64,000 nucleotides of DNA from a virus. Every line of letters starts with the position of its first letter. Within the stretch, counting starts at the first letter, position 1. A program made the translations under genes and the position numbers. Below are positions 18,101 through 26,299 of this stretch, piece after piece. The notes beneath the pieces were generated by a model. The model saw only the letters and a list, made by a program, of their open reading frames with translations, did no database searches and was not told the DNA's origin. The stretch covers positions 32,001 through 96,000 of the IMG/VR virus record IMGVR_UViG_3300047554_000255; one strand, 5' to 3'.

Positions 18101-20625
18101 ACAAGCTTTGATTCTTTATAGAACAAAGCCATATCAGCACCTAATACTTGAGTAGTATTGATTTGAGCTCTAAGAACATTATACTTTAAATCTGCAATAG
18201 CAAAGATCGCTTTACTTGAATCTTGTAGCTGTGAAAGCTGATTCATGTAAACATTATTAAAGAAAGGAAAGTAATAAGATGTCTGCACTCTATTTGTCGC
18301 TGGATCAATACTAGTTGGTCCTTTTGATATAATGTTTTTACGCAACAAGTTAGACAACTCTTTTATAACGTCATCTTTTATTGACTCACCAATAAGATCT
18401 TTTAAGTATTGAGCATCTTCTATAGATGGTTCAACTCCTTGATAGATCTTTGTTCTGATCATGTTAAGCTTTGCATCAGAACGATTGTTTAATACTGGGA
18501 ATAAAAAGAACATCTTACTAGCTGTTTCAAAGTTAGCAATGTTCAGCTTTTCTTTCTTAGTATAGTTAGCATACGCAATCATACGATCTATCTCAGCTTT
18601 TGCTAGATCATATAACTTATTCTTGAATGCGTCTTTAAACTGGAATGAATCTCTAACGGTTGGCTTAGTCTTGAAGAAAGCAAAATCAGTTGATGGATCA
18701 AGACTATCTTTTGTTATCTGTATTACCGGAGCAGTTGTCTTATCCGATAAAGTAAACATATTATAGTAACCAGTCTTAGCAAAGTTATTCTGATGCTTTA
18801 AATATGTATCAAGAATCAACTCTCTTGGCGATTGGTTCTTCTTAACCTTACCAATCTCTCCTTTCTTATCTTCTTTTATACTATCTGAATACGATATTGC
18901 ATAAACAAATGATTCGTTATCAGTCTTCTCGTCTTCAAGCAAACGTCTAACTACTTCTGAACTTTTACTATAAGCTCTTTTACTTAATACCTCTAAGAAA
19001 CTCTTTGTCTTTAGCTTCTTCTTTACTGTTTCTAAGTAAGAAGGTTGTACATAAGCATAGATGTTTTTGTTCTCACCATTCTGATAGCTACCAGTTTGAT
19101 AGATATCTGAGTGTAGATCATAGTAAAGACTTGCAAGTATATTAAATACACGCTCGTGAACAATAGGGTTGTTCTTGTCTTCGTAGTTTGCTGACTCAGT
19201 TGTTGTATCAATATCAGCTGTTAACGTATTAAGAATATTATCAACAACATTACCTGTTGCAAGTAAATCAGAGAAGCTCTTTGCTTTAAAGGTTTTGAAC
19301 TTGTTTGCTTTTAATGCTGCTCCAACATGTTTCATGTAAGCATCATCAACAGGAATATTCATTGAAGTAAGTAACTCTTTAAAGAACTCTTGTTTCTTTG
19401 TTAAGTTATTACCAGATCTAATCTCTAAGTACTTCTCTTTCAATGACTTAGCTAACTCAGTGTTTATAACTAAGTTGCCAAACTTATTCTTGTTAACAAG
19501 CTTTGATACTTTTTGTAACTCTAACCAATCGTTTTTTATTTGTCTAACAACACTATTACGATTAGAGCTAATAACCTTAACACTTACACCACCTTCTTTA
19601 ACTTTCTCCCAAAGCAACATAGTATGATCTGTGTATGCTTTGTTTATTACAGTAAGTACTTCGTTTAGTAACTGAACATTCTTTGATGCTTGTAACTCAC
19701 CTAACTTCTTGTGAACGTTTAATAGGTATGGCTTAACTTGAGCTTTCTCTAAAATAGCTTCTTGTAAAGACTCATAAGTAACATGTTGTAATCCTGCACC
19801 TAATACAAGTAAGTCTTCAAATACTTGATCGTAAGGCACGAAATCAGCAAGACCTAATAGATTAGCCTTGTCACTCTTAATACTTGAAAATAACAGCTTT
19901 ACACGAGTCGTAGCTGTATCCTTTGGGTTCATCTGGAATGAACGTGAATCAGAAAAGCTTTCATTTACAGAAGGGTCTTCAACATCAACATCGTCTTCAC
20001 CAAATAACTCACCTGCATCAGCAAGTAAGCTCTCATAATATTCGTTTGTTAAACCAAAGTCTTGGATCTCGTTTTCAGATGTAACCTTTAGTCCTAAACG
20101 ATTAAGCTTAATGATAACTTGCTCTGTGAACTTATCGAAGTTCTCATCATCAGTAACGTTATCTAGCAACTCTCCAAGATAAGAGAATTCCTTGTAGTTA
20201 AGAATACCAAGCTCAGGTATCTTAGAAAGCATATCTTCTGTTGCTGATTCTTTTAAAGCATTATATGCTTCTTCTGAAGTAGCAATATTCTCAGTAAAGT
20301 ACTTAACCTTTAAAGCTGTGTTCTTTAACTTACTCTTTATATCAGCAAATAAAACACGAGATGATTTCTCATACGTACCACCTGGCTTTAACAAACCAAG
20401 CTCATCAACGAACTGTGAAAAGATCGCGTTCGTTATTGACTGCTCTTGTACAAGATTAAATAAGTTGATGTTAACAAAGCGATCTTCAACAGCTTGTTTT
20501 ACAAGATCTAATAATTGTTCATCAGACAAACCTTCATTACCTGGTAGAGTAGCAGCACTCTTTAGAATCTGCTTAACCTCTACTTCTGAAAACTCTGATC
20601 CGCTAATGTTATATAAACATGCCAT
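12136..20625 (-). CDS. virion RNA polymerase (crAss/phi14:2 gp66-type, double-psi barrel) with C-terminal zincin metalloprotease domain
   Basis: 2829 aa. ARIPNQ...QMGSDFDVDKL catalytic motif (D1394, nt 16432-16446). HELLH (H2635, nt 12709-12723) with a downstream EHEF. Confidence 0.9.
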   Translation of the reverse strand: MACLYNISGSEFSEVEVKQILKSAATLPGNEGLSDEQLLDLVKQAVEDRFVNINLFNLVQEQSITNAIFSQFVDELGLLKPGGTYEKSSRVLFADIKSKLKNTALKVKYFTENIATSEEAYNALKESATEDMLSKIPELGILNYKEFSYLGELLDNVTDDENFDKFTEQVIIKLNRLGLKVTSENEIQDFGLTNEYYESLLADAGELFGEDDVDVEDPSVNESFSDSRSFQMNPKDTATTRVKLLFSSIKSDKANLLGLADFVPYDQVFEDLLVLGAGLQHVTYESLQEAILEKAQVKPYLLNVHKKLGELQASKNVQLLNEVLTVINKAYTDHTMLLWEKVKEGGVSVKVISSNRNSVVRQIKNDWLELQKVSKLVNKNKFGNLVINTELAKSLKEKYLEIRSGNNLTKKQEFFKELLTSMNIPVDDAYMKHVGAALKANKFKTFKAKSFSDLLATGNVVDNILNTLTADIDTTTESANYEDKNNPIVHERVFNILASLYYDLHSDIYQTGSYQNGENKNIYAYVQPSYLETVKKKLKTKSFLEVLSKRAYSKSSEVVRRLLEDEKTDNESFVYAISYSDSIKEDKKGEIGKVKKNQSPRELILDTYLKHQNNFAKTGYYNMFTLSDKTTAPVIQITKDSLDPSTDFAFFKTKPTVRDSFQFKDAFKNKLYDLAKAEIDRMIAYANYTKKEKLNIANFETASKMFFLFPVLNNRSDAKLNMIRTKIYQGVEPSIEDAQYLKDLIGESIKDDVIKELSNLLRKNIISKGPTSIDPATNRVQTSYYFPFFNNVYMNQLSQLQDSSKAIFAIADLKYNVLRAQINTTQVLGADMALFYKESKLVSADQIKEVFGESMTVNQLLSYNVSTEMTPEEQSKRNIINDVLNGTVLSTVDEFSKRAAMFIAPGSQGTTTWQSTKGKIVDVSLYKMITLKDVIKSNDQFSKIETTDAQEFVTLQEHINRMMSEGRIPLDIYESISDKIAEARKKKTFDYSLSDIELGFVLQPTKPVHSSNSETDGFNEINYVKSSAYPLIPDNTRDSEMDKLRVFMEKNNVGSAAFKTATKTGAPISTLEVFDDNGNFIEPSEAEFSSNVQTLSREGLRTQQEIPHQKEMINVVSQMDRQLFEGLDNVLDFMFAGKKLTAAQLKGLKEQIRVALFEGNAEELLDRIGVSITDEYVSFKSERSLANLLKEEAVSRNLSINDIRSIATNKDGKLVIPVYLLSNSSKFEGLLTSIFSKVVKLKLTGTSLVQVSAVGTKIKEGELSDKLKSEIVYTEVYDASKGLQYIRKEADTVAKGGKVKKGEVQAAQVFMSQFLKDENGKLINIKDFATKDENGRLILDSTRIPRKLLQLIGARIPNQLHSSMLPIEVAGFLPSYMENTIIVPDGITAQMGSDFDVDKLYAYLSNPKYTYKDSASKLIDELTKEKEAIKNKYKEELEKVDGDLAKLLNSEQQFEIAKLNESIEKYRARLGYKNLGEKEREQKQRILDGLYEKRSAVYNEVANGTERKKLNQTKYKIKSQRAAELTAINDKIKAQKSQIESIEPVAYESSISDFKNFDPKSLSEEQLFEMYKDIHWSVLTHPTTFDKITSSIDLSDYNDEKELFYKEGIATLPVNFLPFDYNTQINTFLDNRSGKLGTGIFAQLLSFLAEHQDKKTVGFSAGINIKKDSGEIVNLSYLTAEGNTTFKSDATGKTLTRSKTQNASATLNESLDNAKNKNLNVFNLNSASMAPAKLLMSLSSNSGEIADLRYVTRFFPQFIVKYLNEQEEISKDSFAIGQKKYTSEIIADVKRHFINLLSPNAKELATEENIGAMPVLNPKELLDLLKEEVVLRPKLNQLMLAYSPADINFKPEDRKALDEFIMKQLSILTYYETLHAYSTPQSTLLNNSNVISQGIGSNLFTLLSKYRKFQSIAKAADTQYGEGLPVVIKPLKRDPVVVDRLLNIDTIFGKFETDPISESVDFTPTTQTGHAVKNSIFLAYKVLSKVSPIHFDTVFQNLLEEIVTQKNKGKGGVDNYGRIKFNALAEDVLSNLKAYIYSSPEAGFITGDMEEERYRLLVGTEQNPSLAERILALNIKYPELKNNYFFARLKPVIPAGKTRLSIKSVEYKSPFSQDIDELANNKGFLDLMLNEDPEIASIGKDLIKYAFVSGSVADKASFFRYIPIEVRLLNKQHTDFIGKFYDTFRQNVDNFYEQYIMNNPDMASYIDKDAYKALTNANTVTKDSRGESIYTLPKNMTHLLINSSFQSLEGYKNTVPTFPKFLRYYVNSQILLFKRIGENSYKRIQTLGNNSAYEYQLGVNPATMRSVDFSNLLPSQKLEKIITADTNPFIGFAGNTSLVVDEIELSNYATTAVSFPYDANNPTNKHNILSSRYKGNINTGEYTDKDVVLVSGERFIEVLSPDAKLNHITRNEAIDKLSPMFEDLYVPMLESIIKAKASVVLYSKAEGINTLVKNYLEAKGYKASEIGQFNNIKLEYGEAIPTQEPTDLFAEDTFIPQMDDDVVVASMDLFSFADMPSDPEIFLSGEDTNASNGSPIASDTSVIEDYIPDAEGVNTLASVLTKVRANTSNEFYKVLIDSLKFTGDVNKISVVLLNTISDPAIYNTVTNQIVINPDLVLQSNSAKSRSENLEDAIVHELLHGYTAQSLFKLSGKASAYKIKEERMYAASIKQLYLLTRESLLSNPEHAEKLKAVIAKVSNSVFEDSDANTLTEDEKSMYYGLTSEHEFVSMLMTDKKFQEFMNGVSVDSSKKTVTFKFADILKRLLQALTKALGMDVKTDSVLDQGIKNITNLLSVVDTKTEDSTDTTGQTTLFSAATDNLSDYSLNNQCK

Positions 20626-20626
20626 A

Positions 20627-23600
20627 TTAGTTACACTTCTTGTTAAGTTTATTCTCGTTCTCTAGTTTCTTAGTAGTAGTTGCTATTGACTTCAACTCAT
20701 CATCGTTACCTTTGATTAGATCTTTGTTAACTGTTTGGTTAGTACCAAACTGTTGTCCAAAGTCCATATCCATGAACTTAGCCAATGCTTCTTCTTGAGA
20801 TAAAGGTGCTTGTGATTTAGATGTATCCGTTACATTAATATACGCAGAATCATTGACTTTAGCCTCCTCTTCAGCAATTAACATAGTGTATCTTGCATCA
20901 ATCTCTTTTGCTTTTTCTTCGTAGTATTTTACTTGCTCAGGTAATGCATTAATTGCTTCTTCTGCAGTATCATACTCATCAATAGTAGAACCATCTGTAT
21001 CATCAATAATCTCATTACCATTAAGAACTGGTTTACGAACCAACTCTAGTTCTTTTGCTTGCTTTTCTTTTAACTTACTAATAGCATCAGATGTAGATAA
21101 AGTAGGAGCTATAGGAGCAGGAGCTTTTGGTGCAACTTCAGGTTTAGTACCTGATGATGGAGTCTCTGAATCTATATTACCAAATACAACAACAGGGTTA
21201 GAGAAGTGTACTAACTCATCAGCATCTGTATTAGCTTCATCGTAAGGACGTCCTTCTTCTAATGTAGTCTCAAGTGTTTGTAACATATATTCGTTATACG
21301 TCATAGGCTGTGATTGCTCTAAAGCACCAGTATCAGGATTGATAGTAAGATCAGTCATTAACTTATCATTACCAATACCTGCTGATTGCTCAGTACCAAA
21401 GCGTATACTGTATCTTAAGTTTGCTGCAATATCGTAAAACTTATTGATTTTTTCTTCTGATATCTCATCTAAGTTTCCGATAATAAGACTATCTTTCTTC
21501 TTATCACCTGTGTTTACTTGCCATATTGATAAGTATCCTTTTGGTGTAATGTTAAAGTGAACCTTACCTTGACTTATTGGATTGTATGCTTTTGAGCTAG
21601 TATGAGTAATATAATCATTAACATACTTGCTTAAACGTGCAAAGTCAGCAGTCTCTCCGTCAATAAACTCAATACCATAAGCTTTGTACACAGCTTGGAT
21701 AATAGCAAGATCACTATCTTTACCATTCTTTCCTGCTGCTACATCAACGTTATAGTTATGAAACGCTCTCCATGAACCAAGAATAAAATCAATATGTCCG
21801 TCTTTTAATACAGGAACTGTAACAAGAGAAGCAAGACGCTTACCTGTTGGAGTTGGTATTATAGCAACTGGCCATCCATTAGCTTTACCGTCAGTAATAA
21901 TGTTTGGTACATAAAGATTACTCTCAGAGTACTTATCAGTAACATGTACTTTACCTTGCTTGATAATAGCAACTTGAGTATTCTTACTTAAAGCTTGCTT
22001 CAATGGTTTCTTTGAACCGTCAGTTCTTAGTACACCAACTGACTTTGCTATTACAGTACTTGTAAATACAGTTGCTTTATCTTTATTAAAGCCGTTGAAC
22101 AATGCTTTTCTATGATCAAGAATAGCTTGACGTTGAATAGCAAGGTTATCAATAACGGTACCGTCAGGTGTAACAATACGTTCTTTTGTGTGAGCTAATA
22201 CTCCTGAGTCAGAATATCTAGCTGTAACAAACTTAACTGTTGGTAAGTATCCAAGCTTTATCTTTTTACCATTATGCATAGTATAGATAGCAACTGGGAA
22301 GTCATCAATAGCTTCTTGTTTTATTTTACCGTCAGCATCAAAGAAGTCTTCTTTCTTACGCTTTGTGATACCAGTTTGTTGAACGTAATCATAATCATCA
22401 AAGTCAGCAATGTTAGAATCAATCTCAAACATTAAAGGAGTACCTTCTTGTATACGAGATGTTCCTAAGATTAATGGATAAGACTCATTACCGTCAGTAC
22501 GCTTTAATCTACGTACACCTTTTTTATCTGTATATACTACAAAGTTATCAGATGCATTGTTAATCTTTGATCCAGAGTTGATTGGAGTTCTTGAATCTTC
22601 CTCAACAGATGTATCAGGATTTGTACCATCAACATAATCAATATCAACATTATCCGTAGTATACTCAAGAGCATCAAGATCAACATCTTCTTCTTGAGCT
22701 TCTTTTGCTTTCTGTACTTCTTTCTTCTGAGCTTCAGTAACCGTAGCTACTGGAGTGACCATTGTTTTTGCTTTTGGATTAGAAGATACAGTAATAGCAT
22801 TGTTTGTAAGGAAATCAGCTAACTGCTTATCTGTAAGCTCATACTCTGATTCATTACCATGTTGTACCCAAACTCTATCTTTACCAACAGAAACAATTTT
22901 GACTACTATCTCTGAACCATCAGTTGGTACTATATAATTACCAAGAACAAACTTAACTCCGTTTACTTCAAGACTATTGTTAGGATTAGCTTCATATTCT
23001 TCTTGCTCAGGATCAAGTTGTTCTTCATCAACAACTACTGGAGTCTCAGTTGGAGCTTCAGCAACTACTGGAGGTTGTTCAACTTGAACAGCTTCTTCTG
23101 GAGTTACTGGTACTGGTTGATCTTCAGTTGATACTTCTAGTGTTGGTTCAACCTCTGTAGGCTCTGCTACTTCAGTTGGAATATTATTAGATGACTTAGC
23201 ACCTGTATAAGTAAACTCAACATCAGTGTAGTTCTCTTTTGAAGGATGAGCAATATTAAACGCTATATCTTTATTATTAACACCGTAGTTTAAAAGAATC
23301 TCTCTACCTTTTGTGCTAAATCCAACAAAAGCAGCAGGGTTCATAACCCCCATACCCTCTTCAGATATCTCTAGTTGTGACTTAATTACTTGGATATAAC
23401 CTTCTTTTAAATCTGCAAGAAGAGCTTCAACATTTATAGTTCCTCCTTCTGGTGCATTTGCTGCATCTTCAACATCTTCTGTTAAGTCAGATGTATCAGC
23501 ATCAGTAACGTTCTCTCCATCTTCTGGTGCTACAGCTCCTGTAAGAGCATCTGTAAATGATTTAGTAGCCTCATCCTTTGCTTCTTTTGCTAACTGCTCT

Positions 23601-26296
23601 TGTACTACTTTCTTTGCAGCCTTCATACGATTAGCTAAAGCAACAATACTTGTTGGATCTGCTAGGAAGTTATAAGCATTAAGATGTTCTTCAGAGTCAT
23701 TGTTTAACTGGATGTACTCTAATAGATCTTCGTAAGTCTCATCAATATCTGTATTAGATAAAAGAGCAGTGTTTAAACCAGCTTCTTCAGTCTTATAGTT
23801 AATGAATCTCTTGTAAGCATCTTTTGCATAACGTTGCTCACGCTTAGACATGTTAGTCTCATCGCGATTAGATAACTTCTCCCATGAGTCTAACCACTTT
23901 GCAATAGCTTGTAGTTGACGCTCTTTATACTTAAGAGTTTGTGCCTCTTCAGGAGTACGCTTCTTTACTTGTTTAAGGTTGTCTATCTCCTTTATAAGAA
24001 GATCCATCTCACCAAGCATCTTAGCTTGAGAACCTAATACTTTATATGCAGCAGAAGCGGCTCCTCCAAGGTTAGGATTAGCAGCAGCTCTTGTGTATAA
24101 GTTATTTGCTCTTTCAATAGCAGACTTTGCTTTGAATGAGTTTGTTGCAAGCATCTCAATATAATCATCAAGAACACTCTTTAACATCTGAGCATCTTTC
24201 TGACCTTGACTACCTTCAGCGTATAAATCTGGTTGGATTAAATCGCCATACTTTTCGTTTAACGTTTCCCATGTTTTGTTAAACGTTTCAACATCATCAG
24301 CAATCTTGTTAAAGTATTCCTTAACAGACTTAGCACTATCAACTGTTGGATCTAAGCCGTATGCTTCTTTTGCATCCTCAACACTAAATGATTCTCCTTG
24401 ACCTCTAATAGTATCAATCAAAGCAGAAACCATACCTGCTTTCTTTGCAGCTGAAACAGCTTTTGCAAATGCAGTATCTCTTGAGTTGTAGTAAGTATAC
24501 TTATCTTTATTACCAACAGCTTCCTGCATTGTAGCAGCAGCCTTATTTTGAACCTTAAAGTTTGCTATCTCATCTTTTAATACAGCATAAGGATTCTTGT
24601 AGAACTCGTTTATCGCAGCAACAGTAGCAGCCTTATCTTTCTTTATCTCTTCTCTCTGCTTATCAGTGGTCATCATACGTTCTTGTACTTTGCCCATTGT
24701 AAAGTTGATTGGAGATAATAATCGACCAGTAACAGCACCCATCAAGAATGTCTTCATTCCTTGAGTATCTGCTAATGGATTCTGAACACTACTCATGATA
24801 GCATCAGTCTTACCAGAGTATCCTTTCTTACCATGATATAAGTCATAGTAATAATCCTGAAGACCCTTGTTAGAACCTTCTTGGAATAACTCTTGTAAAC
24901 CTTCTGATGTCTCCCACTTGAATAAGTTCTTTCCAAGAAACTTACTTACTTGCCATGCTGCTTCCTTTTTACCAAAGTCAGTAGCAATCTCTTTTGCTGC
25001 ACCAAGAGCTCCTAATGAACCAACTTGATATACTTTAGTCAGTTCTTTATCAGCAACCTTACCTGATACCTTTAATACGTCATCAGCATATTGTCCAACA
25101 TTCTTGAATAATCTACGCTCAGCATTAAAGTGACCAAGCATGTTATCAAACTGGAATCTATTAAGAGCAAATAGCATACCAAAGTTAACGTTGAAGTTAT
25201 CTGAGGATGCATCTTTTGATACTCTATCAATACGCTCTAAATCTTCACCAACTGGTAACTCACCTGTTCTTTCAAGATGCTGTTCTGTTAAACGATCTTT
25301 AAGTTCTTTGTATGTACCAGCTGCTTCAAAAATGGCTTCTGAGCGAGCCATGTTAGCTTCACTTAACGTTCTTCTAAACCCACCAAAGGTTAACGCTGCA
25401 ATCTGAGCAGCACCTGCACCATTCTTACCAGCAACAACTGCTTTCTCAATAGCGTTTGTAGTAGATCCAATAGGATTAAACTTCTGGAAACCTTTCCATA
25501 TAGTCTTTGCTAATCCTTCTTGTTTATAAATATCTCCAAGTGATTTGTTTAATCTTGCAAACTCTTCAACGTCTTGAAGCTTATCAACCCCTTTCATGAA
25601 TCGCATTCCAAGCTTTGTAGCTGAGAATAAACTAGATGCACCAAAGGTTAATAACTCTTCTGATAAAGCTTGAGCAATCGCACCAACTGCAAAACCTGAG
25701 TTCTGAACAAGATCACCAAAGAATTGCTTGTTAAACACAGACTTCTCTGAATCAGCACTTCTAAAGATAGCGTACTTATTCATTACATCTTCTTGCATCT
25801 TTGCCATCTGATACATCTCTGTTTCATCTGGTTGTAGCTTTGATGCATCAAAAGAAGTCATTGCATCAGCAAGTCTTCCCCAACCTTTCCATCCTTCAAG
25901 GAATGTATTAGAAGCTAGACGACCTGCACCTGCAAAAGCATTACCCATTGTATCACCCCAAGTTTGTCTTGACGCATACAACTCTTCATTATTTCTTCTA
26001 GGATCAAAACCGAGCTCAGCAGAGTATGATGAGTTAGTATATCTATCTAACTGTGTCTGCTCAGGATTAAAGTTTATTGGCTGCATTTGAGTGGACAAAG
26101 AAGGTCCACCTGCCAATGCTCCTGATAAAAAAGAAGCCGTAGGATCAGCAGTAGATGAGCTAACTAGTTGTTGTGCTTGTTCTTGACCACGTTGCTCAAA
26201 AGGATCGATAAAATCTAACAGCTTTGGCTCTAAGTCTGGTGTTTTAATATCAGGACCTCCAAGGCTATTATTGAGCGAGTTTAATATAGACTCCAT
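20627..26296 (-). CDS. giant virion ejection/cargo protein (first of the giant trio)
   Basis: 1889 aa. Gly/Ala-rich hydrophobic N-terminal segments, an EGLQELFQE motif and acidic Pro/Glu linkers. The only Cys is residue 1888. Confidence 0.75.
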   Translation of the reverse strand: MESILNSLNNSLGGPDIKTPDLEPKLLDFIDPFEQRGQEQAQQLVSSSTADPTASFLSGALAGGPSLSTQMQPINFNPEQTQLDRYTNSSYSAELGFDPRRNNEELYASRQTWGDTMGNAFAGAGRLASNTFLEGWKGWGRLADAMTSFDASKLQPDETEMYQMAKMQEDVMNKYAIFRSADSEKSVFNKQFFGDLVQNSGFAVGAIAQALSEELLTFGASSLFSATKLGMRFMKGVDKLQDVEEFARLNKSLGDIYKQEGLAKTIWKGFQKFNPIGSTTNAIEKAVVAGKNGAGAAQIAALTFGGFRRTLSEANMARSEAIFEAAGTYKELKDRLTEQHLERTGELPVGEDLERIDRVSKDASSDNFNVNFGMLFALNRFQFDNMLGHFNAERRLFKNVGQYADDVLKVSGKVADKELTKVYQVGSLGALGAAKEIATDFGKKEAAWQVSKFLGKNLFKWETSEGLQELFQEGSNKGLQDYYYDLYHGKKGYSGKTDAIMSSVQNPLADTQGMKTFLMGAVTGRLLSPINFTMGKVQERMMTTDKQREEIKKDKAATVAAINEFYKNPYAVLKDEIANFKVQNKAAATMQEAVGNKDKYTYYNSRDTAFAKAVSAAKKAGMVSALIDTIRGQGESFSVEDAKEAYGLDPTVDSAKSVKEYFNKIADDVETFNKTWETLNEKYGDLIQPDLYAEGSQGQKDAQMLKSVLDDYIEMLATNSFKAKSAIERANNLYTRAAANPNLGGAASAAYKVLGSQAKMLGEMDLLIKEIDNLKQVKKRTPEEAQTLKYKERQLQAIAKWLDSWEKLSNRDETNMSKREQRYAKDAYKRFINYKTEEAGLNTALLSNTDIDETYEDLLEYIQLNNDSEEHLNAYNFLADPTSIVALANRMKAAKKVVQEQLAKEAKDEATKSFTDALTGAVAPEDGENVTDADTSDLTEDVEDAANAPEGGTINVEALLADLKEGYIQVIKSQLEISEEGMGVMNPAAFVGFSTKGREILLNYGVNNKDIAFNIAHPSKENYTDVEFTYTGAKSSNNIPTEVAEPTEVEPTLEVSTEDQPVPVTPEEAVQVEQPPVVAEAPTETPVVVDEEQLDPEQEEYEANPNNSLEVNGVKFVLGNYIVPTDGSEIVVKIVSVGKDRVWVQHGNESEYELTDKQLADFLTNNAITVSSNPKAKTMVTPVATVTEAQKKEVQKAKEAQEEDVDLDALEYTTDNVDIDYVDGTNPDTSVEEDSRTPINSGSKINNASDNFVVYTDKKGVRRLKRTDGNESYPLILGTSRIQEGTPLMFEIDSNIADFDDYDYVQQTGITKRKKEDFFDADGKIKQEAIDDFPVAIYTMHNGKKIKLGYLPTVKFVTARYSDSGVLAHTKERIVTPDGTVIDNLAIQRQAILDHRKALFNGFNKDKATVFTSTVIAKSVGVLRTDGSKKPLKQALSKNTQVAIIKQGKVHVTDKYSESNLYVPNIITDGKANGWPVAIIPTPTGKRLASLVTVPVLKDGHIDFILGSWRAFHNYNVDVAAGKNGKDSDLAIIQAVYKAYGIEFIDGETADFARLSKYVNDYITHTSSKAYNPISQGKVHFNITPKGYLSIWQVNTGDKKKDSLIIGNLDEISEEKINKFYDIAANLRYSIRFGTEQSAGIGNDKLMTDLTINPDTGALEQSQPMTYNEYMLQTLETTLEEGRPYDEANTDADELVHFSNPVVVFGNIDSETPSSGTKPEVAPKAPAPIAPTLSTSDAISKLKEKQAKELELVRKPVLNGNEIIDDTDGSTIDEYDTAEEAINALPEQVKYYEEKAKEIDARYTMLIAEEEAKVNDSAYINVTDTSKSQAPLSQEEALAKFMDMDFGQQFGTNQTVNKDLIKGNDDELKSIATTTKKLENENKLNKKCN

Positions 26297-26299
26297 CTA

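Noticed and set aside
4046-20625. Introns or inteins in polB or the vRNAP; the C-terminal CN of the 1889-aa protein as an intein end
   Set aside because: Catalytic motifs are contiguous, I recognised no HINT or LAGLIDADG motifs, and the second junction ends CK rather than N.
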